Assembly: GCA_963712275.1 (NCBI GenBank)
Contig: CAVQHD010000001.1
Span: 1,024,001 to 1,088,000 of the forward strand
Source of the DNA: an uncultured Rhabdochlamydiaceae bacterium
GTDB taxonomy: Bacteria > Chlamydiota > Chlamydiia > Chlamydiales > Rhabdochlamydiaceae
Length of the DNA stretch: 64,000 bases
Reading direction: 5' to 3'
The translations under genes were made by a program, and so were the position numbers. This document shows, one piece after another, positions 28,379-39,073 of this stretch. The notes under the pieces are model-generated. The model did no database searches. It had not been told where the DNA came from and was given only the letters and a program-made list of their open reading frames with translations. The stretch's first letter is position 1; the number at the start of each line of letters is the position of its first letter.

Positions 28379-31361
28379 TCAAAGCTTCCAACGCAGACGT
28401 GATATCTTTTTGAGGCGGCATTTTAAGGTAAGCATTAACAACTCTCCAGAGAACTCCCACAGAGTGGTACGGTTTTTTCGTCAAATCTAGTAAGTCGGAG
28501 ACATAGCTCAAAACTTGCTTAACGATAAATGGTTCAGCAATAGGTTGGACAGCTTGCCCTACCGTTTGCAGAACTGTTGGATCACCCTTCAGGGGTGCAA
28601 CGATTTTGCTGATATCAGGGTTTTCAAGAGTCTTAGACCACGCAGTAATAGGCTCTAGCTCCTTTTTGAGTTCTTTGATTTTTTCAGTTATTTGTGTTGA
28701 TATGTTGGTAATTTCCGTAGCTAAATCGGTAATGGTCTTCTCTAAAGCTGTTTTAAACTCTTTAAGATTTGCTTGGTAAAGGGCTTTTGATGCGGTATTA
28801 GCTGCCAATTGACCATATTGCGTTGTAGAACTTAGAAATGTCTCCAGCTCTTTCTGAAATGCAGGACTTAAGTTAGCTTTTTGACTCTCTAGTATTTTAA
28901 GCGCGGATAGAATTTGAGGCGTTGTCAGAGAGTCTTGATTTAAAAATGTGGATTTTTCTTGGAGAAACGTTTTTTTCTTTTCCATCTCGACTGTTCTAGC
29001 GTGGAGTGTTTTGATTTCTTCGAACTTCTGACGAAAGGGTTTAGTTGCTGTTTCAAACATTGTTCCGATGTCTGTGATGAATTTGATCAAGGAAGTGTCA
29101 TTCCGACCGCGGAAATTGCGAATTAAATGCGTGACTTTAGATGAAAGTTTGATCCATAGACGATCTAAATTTAAAATTGTTTTCTCAGTCGTCTCCCCAC
29201 AGCTCTTGATAAAATCTTGGCTTATTTGAAAGAGATCCTCAAGATCTGCTTTTACTTCATTTTGAAATGTTTGCGAAGGGTTTAAGACTGCTTGGACAGC
29301 GTGTTGAACAGCATCTTCCCCCACTTTTTTAAGATTTTCCATCATCAAGGTTTCCGTTCCTTTCATTTCTCCGTCAGAAATTTTCTGTGCTGAGGTTGTC
29401 AGGCCGGTTGTGAGGCGATCAAGGGTATCCCATATGAATCCAGGGAGCAAATTGTCTTGGAGAAAGCCTTCTACAACTTTTAAGATTTCAATTGAAGCTA
29501 AAGGAGCCACTGCGCTTACAGTTTCTTGGTGGATCGTATTTTTAAAGGAAGACTCGTCATTAATAAATTGGTTATGGGTACGAGGGGATTTCATTGCGCG
29601 CTGAAAATGGATGGTTGCGAGAATTTCCTCTACAATGTCTGCGAGTTGTTTTTGTTGGTGTTCGGAAGATATTAAAGGTTTTAGGTGGGGTGCAGAAGGA
29701 GCATTTTGAGGATTAAATTGCTCCAATTTTTGCAGAATAAACTTATTCACCATATGTCGATGCTGAGAATGAACGTCTAAGACTGTTTGGGTGGATTTAA
29801 AGACCTTCGGCAAAATAACCCATTTAAGAATGGTTTTGAGCGTCCCATTCCAAGCAAAGCTAAACAGCTTTAGAAGGACTTCAGGAACATAAGCGCACCC
29901 AATCAAAACGCTTTTGATGATTGAAAACAGTTTATTGATTCCCTTGAATCGTGTCGTGGGTAAAACCTTATTATCGAAGAAATCTCTTGCTCGGGGAATG
30001 CAAGAAAAAGTTGGAATATATTTTTCCATGAGCATTCCAGCAAGGCCATGAATCAAATCGGTGGGTAGCTTTTTACTCACCCTCAGGCTTTCAAAGTGTT
30101 CTATAATTTCATCATCAGACGTTGGAAATTGACCCTTTGGCAATGCCAAAATATAATCCTGAAAAGCAATGAGATGGGCTTTTAATGGGTTGAAGACGAC
30201 TTTAAATAAATCGTCCAGTTGTTCATTAGGGGATTTTAAGAGAAAATTCATGAGATCGTTTTTCAATTGGCTGACAGCATGGTTGATATAGAATTTCAAG
30301 ACACGGGAAGTGACAGTTAAGTGGAGTTCAAGAATGATTTTATTGCCAGTCCATTTCATTCTTAAAGCGTCTTCAAAAGTCTCTTCGAGAGTCTTGGTTG
30401 GGTTTGTTTCTCTCAATCTTTCTGCTGTGGACAGAAGTTCTGGAAAAATATCTTCATTTTTATTACCCCAGAAGATAACGTTTGTCAGAGCCATTTTTAT
30501 AGCGAGGCTTTGCAGCTTTGTGAGTTGGGATTTGATTTCTGAAATTGGTTCCTTAGGCACTTCTTTTGCGACTTCACGCTGAATCATGCGCAGTTGGAGC
30601 TGTCGTTCAAGCGCTTGGGCTTCATCTTTCTTTGCTTTTAAAACAGGGTCATCCTTTGAGAGGTTCATCCATTTGCTAACCAAAGGGAAAAGTTGTGTGT
30701 CTGCCAACTTCTTTCCTATTTGACCCCATCCCATTTGCAGATCGCAAAGGTGGGAGACTGTCGTAAGGACTTCCTGGATGAGAGTTGGATCTATGGGGTG
30801 TTCTTCTGCTAAGGCGACTCTTAATTTCTCAATATTGTCTTGTTCAGATTGAGGCAATTTTATGGGCTTGCCATATCTATCGTTTTTAAAAATGTCTTCT
30901 TTGTCATCTTTAATTTCTTGAAGGCAAGAATTTAGTTTCTTTCTGTCCGCTAAAGAAAGCTGTTCGTTGCTTTGCAATGAGTTCAAGAGTTCAACTGCCC
31001 GAGTTAACTTAGGATGAGCTGTTTTGAATTGCTTTTCGAAAAATTGGTTAACCTTTTTTACTGTTTCATCAACAGTTATAACTGCCTCCGCAAAAACTTC
31101 GAGAGCATAATTCATTCTCGTTGCGGGATTCCATCCTGATGGGGGTTGTTTACGGGAATTCGCTGTCTTTTCAGGCTCTGGTTGATTAGAAGTAGCTAGT
31201 TGATTAGAAGTAGAAGGTGCCCAAAATGATTCCCACCAATTTTTTGGTTGGGAAGTGTCGCTGCTAGAAGCATCAAAGTACTCATCATCAGCATCGCTCC
31301 GGGTAGGAGAAGTGATAGGAGGTTCATTTACAATGGGAGGTTTATTTACGTGCGTAGCCAT
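28368..31361 (-). CDS. Large hypothetical helical/coiled-coil protein
   Basis: 997-aa ORF; disordered Ser/Pro/Thr-rich N-terminus, coiled-coil C-terminus. Confidence 0.8.
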   Translation of the reverse strand: MATHVNKPPIVNEPPITSPTRSDADDEYFDASSSDTSQPKNWWESFWAPSTSNQLATSNQPEPEKTANSRKQPPSGWNPATRMNYALEVFAEAVITVDETVKKVNQFFEKQFKTAHPKLTRAVELLNSLQSNEQLSLADRKKLNSCLQEIKDDKEDIFKNDRYGKPIKLPQSEQDNIEKLRVALAEEHPIDPTLIQEVLTTVSHLCDLQMGWGQIGKKLADTQLFPLVSKWMNLSKDDPVLKAKKDEAQALERQLQLRMIQREVAKEVPKEPISEIKSQLTKLQSLAIKMALTNVIFWGNKNEDIFPELLSTAERLRETNPTKTLEETFEDALRMKWTGNKIILELHLTVTSRVLKFYINHAVSQLKNDLMNFLLKSPNEQLDDLFKVVFNPLKAHLIAFQDYILALPKGQFPTSDDEIIEHFESLRVSKKLPTDLIHGLAGMLMEKYIPTFSCIPRARDFFDNKVLPTTRFKGINKLFSIIKSVLIGCAYVPEVLLKLFSFAWNGTLKTILKWVILPKVFKSTQTVLDVHSQHRHMVNKFILQKLEQFNPQNAPSAPHLKPLISSEHQQKQLADIVEEILATIHFQRAMKSPRTHNQFINDESSFKNTIHQETVSAVAPLASIEILKVVEGFLQDNLLPGFIWDTLDRLTTGLTTSAQKISDGEMKGTETLMMENLKKVGEDAVQHAVQAVLNPSQTFQNEVKADLEDLFQISQDFIKSCGETTEKTILNLDRLWIKLSSKVTHLIRNFRGRNDTSLIKFITDIGTMFETATKPFRQKFEEIKTLHARTVEMEKKKTFLQEKSTFLNQDSLTTPQILSALKILESQKANLSPAFQKELETFLSSTTQYGQLAANTASKALYQANLKEFKTALEKTITDLATEITNISTQITEKIKELKKELEPITAWSKTLENPDISKIVAPLKGDPTVLQTVGQAVQPIAEPFIVKQVLSYVSDLLDLTKKPYHSVGVLWRVVNAYLKMPPQKDITSALEALNGD

Positions 31362-31516
31362 TTTTCACCTATGTTTGGAACAAATTATATAAGAAATTTC
31401 ATAAAAAATCGATACAATTTTTTTATTTTAGCAAAGATAAAAAAATTTTATGATATTTGCGGCTTCTTTGCAAATAATGAGTATCATGCTATGGTGATCC
31501 GAATCGTTAGAGGCTC

Positions 31517-32491
31517 ATGAAGAAAAACGTTTTCATCCTTATTGCGCTTTTCCTTCCCTTTTTCTTGGAAGCAGGGGAGGACAACTGGGCATTAAATAAT
31601 TCGTTTACAGTGACGGGCGATTTTGCTTACTTCAAGAGGGAGCTGTCGCATAAACATAAATTGATTCTTGATTCGGCTAAGCGGACGTGTAATTGCCGCT
31701 TTCCGAGCTGCAACTCGGAGGCCTTGGTTCGTCAGTTCGACTTTGAACCGGGGTTTAAGGTAGGGGCGAGCTACATGACGCGGCATACGATCTGGGACCT
31801 CTCGTACCTTTGGCTGGACTCCTGGGAAGGGCGTTGCTCTAAAGTCAGCCCTGGAATGCTACTCTTTTCAGTGAAAAACCCAAATTTGACCTTTGATTTT
31901 TCTGGAGCAGATCAAGCGGAGGCTGAATATAGCTCCCAATTTCAAAACTGCGAGCTTAACTTCTATCGGTATGAAACCCTTCGATATGCGAATTATTTTG
32001 CAGGAGCATGGATGGCAGGGCTTCGGTATATCAACTTGAGAGAAGCTTTGGATATCAGCTTTATCAAGGGGAGTGATAAAAGCAGCTATAACGTTCATAC
32101 GATGAACCATGTGCCGGCTGTGCAGGTGGGCGGGTTGATTGCATGGAACCCTACGACTAAGCTCTCATGGGAATTTTTGGCAAAAGTTGGGATAGGGTTT
32201 GATATCGCGGAGCAAAAAACATTTTTAGGCGATTTGAATAATTCTGTAGTGGTCCGCGACTATGAGAAATCTGGTTTTTCAACTCCTCTTGTGACCGAGG
32301 CAGCCATTACACTCACATACCAACCTTGGACGTTTTTAAATATCCACGGAGCATACCAAGTTATTTATTTAAACGGGGTGGTTCTAGCTCCAGATCAGCT
32401 GAGGAAAAGCTCGAATAACGAGGCGTTCATAGAAGCGATTGGGGCTCCTTTGATCCATGGTCTGATAGCTGGGCTTTCTTGGAGTTTTTAG
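31517..32491 (+). CDS. Outer-membrane beta-barrel (porin-like) protein
   Basis: Signal peptide, FEPGFKVG motif, alternating beta strands, C-terminal GLSWSF. Confidence 0.75.
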   Translation: MKKNVFILIALFLPFFLEAGEDNWALNNSFTVTGDFAYFKRELSHKHKLILDSAKRTCNCRFPSCNSEALVRQFDFEPGFKVGASYMTRHTIWDLSYLWLDSWEGRCSKVSPGMLLFSVKNPNLTFDFSGADQAEAEYSSQFQNCELNFYRYETLRYANYFAGAWMAGLRYINLREALDISFIKGSDKSSYNVHTMNHVPAVQVGGLIAWNPTTKLSWEFLAKVGIGFDIAEQKTFLGDLNNSVVVRDYEKSGFSTPLVTEAAITLTYQPWTFLNIHGAYQVIYLNGVVLAPDQLRKSSNNEAFIEAIGAPLIHGLIAGLSWSF

Positions 32492-32496
32492 AAAAT

Positions 32497-32592
32497 GCTG
32501 GAGATGGCTTAGAGCAGAAAATGAGGTTTTTAAGGCTGCTACCTTCCGGTCCTGACCTGGTTCAAACAATTTCCTTCCCTAAGGTCCCCAGC
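32497..32592 (-). ncRNA. ffs: Signal recognition particle RNA (4.5S)
   Basis: Minus strand reads GGTCAGGACCGGAAGGTAGCAGCC (SRP domain IV) within a long hairpin closed by GCTGGGGA...TCTCCAGC. Confidence 0.9.
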
Positions 32593-32646
32593 GTTTTTAG
32601 TTTATACGAAAAGGGATTTTAAGGGTAGAGAGGCGTATCTCACTTT

Positions 32647-32837
32647 CAGGGCATAGGGAATTAGAATAAATATTTAAGACTTTTGCTCACTCAGACTTAT
32701 TTCCATTTCTTCACCACGGAGACACGGAGGAGGATGAGATTGCACAGAGTGAAAATTTTTACTCTGTGCAATCTCATCCTCCTCCGTGTCTCCGTGGTGA
32801 AGAAATGGAAATAAGTCTGAGTGAGCAAAGGTTTCAA
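32647..32837. mobile_element. Long perfect hairpin element, copy 1
   Basis: Perfect 69-bp arms 32682-32750 and 32761-32829; homologous to 61854-62053. Confidence 0.9.
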
Positions 32838-32848
32838 CACCCACCCTT

Positions 32849-33994
32849 TTAAAGTTTTAAATCTTTTTCAAGCTTAGTTCCTGGAAAAAAGGTCTCTAAA
32901 ATTTGAGGTGCCTTCTGCCCTTTGTCAGCGAGGATTTTAGCGCTATAGAGGCAAAGCCCTACACCTGGACCTTCTCCATACCCATGAAACACGAGCTCAT
33001 CGCCTTGAAGCTGCACTTGAAAGTCATTGCTTCGAAGGAGGTGTTTTCCGATGATCCGTTGGAAGGTGGTAAAATCGTAGTCTTTGGCATGGGAACCTCC
33101 TGAAACCTTGACGGCGTAGACTTTTTGAGAATGGGGGGCTAGATAAAGGTCAATCGCTGTGACCTTAGGGAGCTCTGTGGCCTCAGCAAGGAGTGCTTTT
33201 GGGAAGGTATGGCTCCAGCGGTACTCTTCTCGATCCTTAAGGGCGATGGGTGCTTCAACGCCAGGAGGGGTTGAGAGGGCTTTACGGAAAATTGCTGCAA
33301 AATCGACGGTGCTTCCAGCACTATTTTGAGTCCAAGTTGCTGCAAAGGGCTTTGTCTCATAAGTTAAAATGGCGTGGTAAGTGGCATCAACAGCTCGATC
33401 GATATGGTGTTTAACCAGCATGGACATTCCTTGATACCCTACATCTTCTGCCATGACATGCCAAAAGGCATTTTTATTTCTTTGGGCAAGAAAATAGGCA
33501 TTTGTACGGGCGATAATGGCAAGTGCGCTTGCCACCTCTTCATGTAACGGAGTCGGAAATTCAAAGGAGAGCGTCGATTTAAGGTAGTTTTCAACATCGA
33601 TTTCGTTAATCACGGTGAATTGACCTTCACTTTGATAGACTTCAATGCACCCGCGGTATTGAATGCCATTGACGAGGATAGAGCTTTGGGAATCCCCTGG
33701 AACAAACCGGAGTTGATACGACCCAGGAAATTTTTCTCCCCAATAAATTCCATCGGGCTCTGCTTTTATAGGGGATCGTTTACTTAAGATGCCCCAGGAG
33801 ATTTGAGTTCCATCAAAGGGGTTGTAAATGTAATGCCGTCCCTTGACTTCAAGTGTTAAGTCGGATGTTTGAGACTTGAGTAGGACTTTTAAAGTGGTTG
33901 GTTTTGATTTCTGTGAAAAATCGGTGTTTTGAGGCGAAGCACCAAGAGTGAAGAGGGCTCCTACCATTATTGTTAGCATCAATCGGAAAGACAT
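32849..33994 (-). CDS. SpoIID/LytB domain protein
   Basis: YRG...VINEIDVENYLK, AIIARTNA, GYGEGPGVGLC and ILETFFPG motifs; adjacent to ruvB. Confidence 0.88.
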   Translation of the reverse strand: MSFRLMLTIMVGALFTLGASPQNTDFSQKSKPTTLKVLLKSQTSDLTLEVKGRHYIYNPFDGTQISWGILSKRSPIKAEPDGIYWGEKFPGSYQLRFVPGDSQSSILVNGIQYRGCIEVYQSEGQFTVINEIDVENYLKSTLSFEFPTPLHEEVASALAIIARTNAYFLAQRNKNAFWHVMAEDVGYQGMSMLVKHHIDRAVDATYHAILTYETKPFAATWTQNSAGSTVDFAAIFRKALSTPPGVEAPIALKDREEYRWSHTFPKALLAEATELPKVTAIDLYLAPHSQKVYAVKVSGGSHAKDYDFTTFQRIIGKHLLRSNDFQVQLQGDELVFHGYGEGPGVGLCLYSAKILADKGQKAPQILETFFPGTKLEKDLKL

Positions 33995-34011
33995 TATTAT
34001 TCTCCTTAAGT

Positions 34012-35019
34012 TTAATTCTTTGAAGGAAGAGGCCTTCCTAAGTGTTCGTAGGCAAGTTTTGTCGCTTCTCTTCCACGAGGAGTTCGCTTAAGAAATCCTT
34101 GCATGATGAGGTAAGGTTCATAAACCTCTGCAACGGTTTCGGCTTCATCTCCAATGGCAACAGCCAGGTTTTGCAATCCAACGGGACCGCCTTCATGGTG
34201 GTCGATTAAGGTGAGCAAGAGTTGCTTGTCGGTTTCGTCAAGTCCTCGCCGATCAATAGATAACATTTCCAAGGCATCGGAGGCAAGCGAAAGATCAACA
34301 GTCTTCACCTGGCGAGAGATAGCAAAGTCACGGACCCATCGTAGTAAATTATTTGCGATGCGGGGCGTTCCTCGAGATCGAAGGGCGATTTCTTGGGCAG
34401 CCTCTTGGTTAATGGATAGTCCTAAGAGTTTAGAGGAGCGCACGATAATTTTTTCTAAGACAGCAGGTTCATAATAATCTAATCGTGAGGTAAAGGAAAA
34501 GCGGGAGCGGAGGGGAGATGAGAGAAGTCCGATCCGGGTTGTTGCCCCTACCAGGGTAAATTGGTTTAACTTCACTTGAACACTGCGGGCAGAAGGGCCG
34601 GTGTCGATTAAAAGATCGAGGGAGAAGTCTTCCATAGCAGGGTACAGATACTCTTCGATAGTCGCAGATAAGCGGTGGATTTCATCGATAAATAAAACAT
34701 CGCCTTGTTTGAGATTAGTTAAAAGCCCTGCCAAATCGCCAGCTTTTTCAATTACAGGTCCTGAAGTGGTTGTTAAGTGGGTTCCCATGGTTTTGGAAAT
34801 GACATGGGCAAGGGTTGTTTTTCCAACACCTGGAGGGCCGTGGAACAAAATATGACCGAGAGGCTCTTGCCGCATTTGCGCTGCATGCATTAAAATGGAG
34901 AGCCGCTCGCGAACAATTTCTTGTCCTAAAAATTCTGTTAGGGATTGAGGGCGAAGAGTTGTTTCAACTTTTTCGTCAGGTTTAGTCCACGTCGACTGAA
35001 TGAATTTTTCTTGGGTCAT
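34012..35019 (-). CDS. ruvB: Holliday junction branch migration helicase
   Basis: [21 protein letters not shown] and RTPRGR motifs; start placed at ATG 35019. Confidence 0.97.
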   Translation of the reverse strand: MTQEKFIQSTWTKPDEKVETTLRPQSLTEFLGQEIVRERLSILMHAAQMRQEPLGHILFHGPPGVGKTTLAHVISKTMGTHLTTTSGPVIEKAGDLAGLLTNLKQGDVLFIDEIHRLSATIEEYLYPAMEDFSLDLLIDTGPSARSVQVKLNQFTLVGATTRIGLLSSPLRSRFSFTSRLDYYEPAVLEKIIVRSSKLLGLSINQEAAQEIALRSRGTPRIANNLLRWVRDFAISRQVKTVDLSLASDALEMLSIDRRGLDETDKQLLLTLIDHHEGGPVGLQNLAVAIGDEAETVAEVYEPYLIMQGFLKRTPRGREATKLAYEHLGRPLPSKN

Positions 35020-35085
35020 TTGAGAGGGTGTCTCCAAAATAAAACAATAGCAAAAAACGAATTGCCGAGCTATAGTTTTTCCAAT

Positions 35086-35652
35086 ATGAGTATCAAATCA
35101 GATAAGTGGATTCGGGAGATGGCTCTCAAGCACGCGATGATTGAGCCGTTTGTCGACGGGCAAGTGCGGTATTGCGAAGGGCAGAAGGTGATTAGCTACG
35201 GCCTTTCCAGTTACGGATACGATCTTCGGGTTGCCAGCGAGTTTAAAGTTTTTACCAACATCAATAACTCTCTTGTGGACCCCAAGAACTTTCGAGATGA
35301 TGCGTTTGTCCATATCGAAGGAGACTACTGCATTGTTCCTCCCAACTCCTTTGCGCTTGCGCGAAGTGTCGAATATTTTCGAATTCCACGAGATGTGCTG
35401 ACGATCTGCCTTGGAAAGTCGACCTATGCGCGGTGTGGCATTATCGTTAATGTCACCCCTTTCGAGCCTGAGTGGGAAGGGTATGTAACTCTTGAAATTT
35501 CGAATACTACTCCGCTTCCTGCGAAAGTTTATGCCAATGAGGGGCTCGCTCAGGTGGTCTTTTACCAAGCTTCGGATGTGTGCGAAACGTCCTACGCCGA
35601 CCGCGGCGGTAAATACATGGGACAAACCCACATCACGCTTCCAATTGCTTAG
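35086..35652 (+). CDS. dcd: dCTP deaminase
   Basis: [29 protein letters not shown] and PFEPEWEG motifs. Confidence 0.96.
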   Translation: MSIKSDKWIREMALKHAMIEPFVDGQVRYCEGQKVISYGLSSYGYDLRVASEFKVFTNINNSLVDPKNFRDDAFVHIEGDYCIVPPNSFALARSVEYFRIPRDVLTICLGKSTYARCGIIVNVTPFEPEWEGYVTLEISNTTPLPAKVYANEGLAQVVFYQASDVCETSYADRGGKYMGQTHITLPIA

Positions 35653-35795
35653 AGACTGTCTACGGTTCAGTTTCAGTCGATTATACAGCGGTTATCCCAA
35701 TTCTAATCTTTTATATAAGTTGTAAATTCCAGAGTATCAGCAATTTTCAGCTAACAATCAAGAAAATACAAAATTATCTAGAATATAACAAAGTG

Positions 35796-37190
35796 CTACC
35801 GTAGCTTCTCGGCGAGGATTTCAATGAGCTTGCCACTAGGCACGCGGTCTTGCTTCATCGTATCTCTGTCGCGCAGGGTAACGGTGTCGTTTTCCAGGGT
35901 ATCGAAGTCAACTGTGATGCAAAACGGTGTGCCCAGCTCATCTTGGCGGCGGTACCGCTTGCCGATGGCGCCCGATTCGTCGTACTCAGAGTGCCAGATC
36001 GAGTGAAGCTGGGAGAAAATCTTTTGCGCCTTTTCAGCGAGGGGCTCTTTTTTCATGAGGGGGAAGACAGCAACCTTGACAGGCGCTATGCGGGGGGAGA
36101 AGCGCAAAACAGTGCGCATTTCTCCGTTCTCTAGTTGTTCTTCGTCATAAGCATCGCAGAGAAGGGCAAGAAGGGTTCGCTCGATGCCAAAAGTCGGCTC
36201 GATGACATGCGGAATGAACTTCTCCCTCGTTTCAGGGTCGGTATACTCGAGATTTTGCCCTGAAAATTGTTTGTGGCGGCTGAGATCGAAATCGGTTCGG
36301 TAGGCTAGGCCATAGAGTTCGCTTGTACCAAATGGAAAATCGTACACGATGTCAACGGTTCTCTTAGAGTAGTGGGAGAGTTGATCTTTGAGATGCTCTT
36401 TCTCGTGAACACGGGCTGGATTAAGGCCGATGAGGCGGCACCACTCATGCATAGCAGAGAGCCACTCTTCAAACTTCTTTTGCCACTGGGCTTCATGGAT
36501 GAAGTATTCGATTTCCATTTGTTCAAATTCGATGACGCGAAAGATGAAATTGCCCGGTGTGATTTCATTGCGGAAGGCTTTCCCAATTTGGGCCACGCCA
36601 AAAGGAATTCGAACTCGCAGCGTGTCGATAATATTTTTGAAATCGAGAAAAATCGCCTGCGCTGTTTCGGGGCGTAGGTAAGCGACGTCTCCATCGGCTG
36701 CAGTTTTACTCATCGGAGTGTGGAACATGAGATTGAAGGTGCGCGCTTCGGTGAAGTTGGAGGCGCCGCACTTAGGGCATTTGATTTTATTTTTCTGGAC
36801 GAGTTCGGTCATCTGCTCTAGGGATAGTCCATCGGCGCTTTGCTTTAAAGCCTCTTCGATGAGATGGTCGCAGCGGAAGCGGCCTTTACATGCTTTACAG
36901 TCGATTAACGCGTCATTGAACCCTTCGACGTGTCCAGAGGCTGTCCAGGTTTTTGGATGGAGGAGAATCGGACCATCGAGACCGACCATATCACGTCTTT
37001 CATGGACAAACATCTTCCACCAGAGATCTTTGATATTTTTCTTCAGTTCTGTTCCATAAGGGCCGAACGAGTAGGTGTTTGCAAATCCTCCGTAAATCTC
37101 CGAGCCTGGATAGATGAATCCTCGTCGTTTGCATAGGGCAACAATAGGCTTAAGAGAGTCTTGGATATGAGGAGGTTTAGATTGGCTCAT
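35796..37190 (-). CDS. glyQS: Glycine--tRNA ligase, alpha2 (homodimeric) type
   Basis: LRPETAQ, GKAFRNEITP, EFEQMEIEYF, VIEPTFG and GKRYRRQDELGTP motifs. Confidence 0.95.
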   Translation of the reverse strand: MSQSKPPHIQDSLKPIVALCKRRGFIYPGSEIYGGFANTYSFGPYGTELKKNIKDLWWKMFVHERRDMVGLDGPILLHPKTWTASGHVEGFNDALIDCKACKGRFRCDHLIEEALKQSADGLSLEQMTELVQKNKIKCPKCGASNFTEARTFNLMFHTPMSKTAADGDVAYLRPETAQAIFLDFKNIIDTLRVRIPFGVAQIGKAFRNEITPGNFIFRVIEFEQMEIEYFIHEAQWQKKFEEWLSAMHEWCRLIGLNPARVHEKEHLKDQLSHYSKRTVDIVYDFPFGTSELYGLAYRTDFDLSRHKQFSGQNLEYTDPETREKFIPHVIEPTFGIERTLLALLCDAYDEEQLENGEMRTVLRFSPRIAPVKVAVFPLMKKEPLAEKAQKIFSQLHSIWHSEYDESGAIGKRYRRQDELGTPFCITVDFDTLENDTVTLRDRDTMKQDRVPSGKLIEILAEKLR

Positions 37191-37279
37191 ATGACCTTTA
37201 GAAGATAAAGCTCTTGAAATGTGACCATAACTTTAGATATTTTATAGGACAAAGGGCTTGGAGTCAACCATTCAAAAGT

Positions 37280-37357
37280 TAGGATCCGTCAATGAATAAC
37301 TTCCCCGTCTTAAACCGCGCGAAAGCTCCCGCGATTGAGTTGATTGACGGACCCTTA
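37280..37357. repeat. ~78-bp element with terminal inverted repeats overlapping tpsB start
   Basis: aggatccgtcaatgaat (37281-97) / gttgattgacggaccct (37339-55), 14 of 17 complementary. Confidence 0.6.
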
Positions 37358-39073
37358 AGACTTTTTTTATTATTCATCTTTCCTCTGATGCTGGGAGCTT
37401 CTCAGTCGCCTCCTGTTCCGCCCGCAGGTGTGGTAGATCGGCAAATTGAACAAGAGTATGAAGCAAAGGAAGTGCAGCCTCAAAAGGAAGTTCCTCTTCT
37501 CGAATTTGATCTGCCGGCAGAAGAGCTTGACATTGGAGGAGAGCAGATCACGATTTATGGCGTCGATCTTTCAGGAAATACCGTCGTTCATTCACGTATT
37601 CTCAAGCGGATTTTAAAGCCGTATCTGGGAAAGCCGCTGACGATGAAAGAATTAAGGGATATGTGCCGGCTGATTCAAAACAAGTATGCTCGAAAGGGGT
37701 ACTTTCTCACGCAGGCTTATCTTCCGCCTCAAGAGGTTCGAGAGGGAGTTTTGAAAATTGAAGTAGTTGAAGGGCGCTTGGGGCAAGTGACTGTGATTGG
37801 AAACCGTTATTATAGCGCCAGCTTTATTGCGCGCTACTTTGAAAAATACCAGGGAAAGCCGGTGCAGTATGATAAAATTCTACGGACTTTATTTCTCTTG
37901 GATGACAACTCGGATCTCGAAGTTGGCGCGGTTTTCAAAAAGGGGAGCGAGTTTGCCACGGCCGATTTGATTGTGCGGGCGGCGGATAAGCGACCGATTC
38001 ATCTGACGCTCGACACTAATAATTACGGTTCGGACCATACAACACACGAAAGAACAGGGACTCGCCTTGACTATGGAAATTTAATCATGGATGGAGATCA
38101 GCTCACGGTGATCGAAGTACTCGGAGCACCTGTGACCCGCTTGAATTTTACCGATGTGATTTATCATCTGCCGATAGGGTCGAATGGGCTTGGAATGGAT
38201 GTGTCGTATCTCTGCGCTAATTTTAAAACTAAACGGGTGGATCATATTCGGTATCTTGGCCGTTCCCACATTGGAGAAATAAAATTCAATCAAGCTCTTC
38301 ATCGAACACGGCGTCTTAGCACCGATCTTTTTGTCTCGTTTGATATAAAGCAGGTTCAAAACTATGGAGGAGGCAAGCGGACAAGCTTTGATAAGCTAAG
38401 AGTTTTGACAGAAGGGATCGAGATCGATTATATCGATGGATGGAAGGGGCGGAATGTGTTTAACGTCTCTGCAAGCCAAGGTATCCCGGGGATTTTGGGA
38501 GGGGCATCAACTCGTAGCTCCGATGACAGCCGGGTAGGGGGAGGAGGGCGATTTACCTTTGTGAATGGGAGTTGGAAGAGGCTGCAAGAGCTGCCTTATA
38601 ACTGCTTTTTACTCTTTAATTCGGCCTTGCAGCTGAGCTTTAACCAGCTTCCCTTGCCCGAGCAGATTTACATTGGGGGAATTGACACGGTCCGCGGATA
38701 TGCCTTGGCTGAAGGGCTTGGAGACCACGGGTTTTATGCGACGCTTGAACTTCACGCTCCTCTCCCTTTTCTTCGGGCGCACCATCTTCCATGGTCTGGG
38801 AAAAAAACGTGGGGAGAGTTTCTCCAATTTGTGGGATTTATCGACCATGGACAAACCTTTGCAATTGGAGATATGACCCTCCGCGAGCTTGAAATTGGCT
38901 CAGATAAGACCCACTTTGATAGTCGAGCGATTTTAACCGCGGCGGGGCCTGGCATCCGTCTTCATGGACCCTGGAAGCTTGAATGGAGTTTTGATGTGGG
39001 ATTTCCTTTAACCCAGCGGCACCGCTCTTCCAATACAATCACCTATTTTAGGGTTGCATGGAAAATTCTCTGA
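37292..39073 (+). CDS. TpsB (ShlB/FhaC family) outer-membrane transporter
   Basis: POTRA-like YARKGY...AYLPPQ...IEVVEGR, NNYGS, IGGIDTVRGY lid motif; start uncertain. Confidence 0.92.
   Translation: MNNFPVLNRAKAPAIELIDGPLRLFLLFIFPLMLGASQSPPVPPAGVVDRQIEQEYEAKEVQPQKEVPLLEFDLPAEELDIGGEQITIYGVDLSGNTVVHSRILKRILKPYLGKPLTMKELRDMCRLIQNKYARKGYFLTQAYLPPQEVREGVLKIEVVEGRLGQVTVIGNRYYSASFIARYFEKYQGKPVQYDKILRTLFLLDDNSDLEVGAVFKKGSEFATADLIVRAADKRPIHLTLDTNNYGSDHTTHERTGTRLDYGNLIMDGDQLTVIEVLGAPVTRLNFTDVIYHLPIGSNGLGMDVSYLCANFKTKRVDHIRYLGRSHIGEIKFNQALHRTRRLSTDLFVSFDIKQVQNYGGGKRTSFDKLRVLTEGIEIDYIDGWKGRNVFNVSASQGIPGILGGASTRSSDDSRVGGGGRFTFVNGSWKRLQELPYNCFLLFNSALQLSFNQLPLPEQIYIGGIDTVRGYALAEGLGDHGFYATLELHAPLPFLRAHHLPWSGKKTWGEFLQFVGFIDHGQTFAIGDMTLRELEIGSDKTHFDSRAILTAAGPGIRLHGPWKLEWSFDVGFPLTQRHRSSNTITYFRVAWKIL

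Noticed and set aside
31181..31214. Tandem GTTGATTAGAAGTAG repeat
   Set aside because: Coding micro-duplication in a disordered N-terminus
35653..35795. AT-rich spacer starting near TAGAGACTGTC, possible IS end or gene remnant
   Set aside because: No matching inverted end or recognisable peptide found
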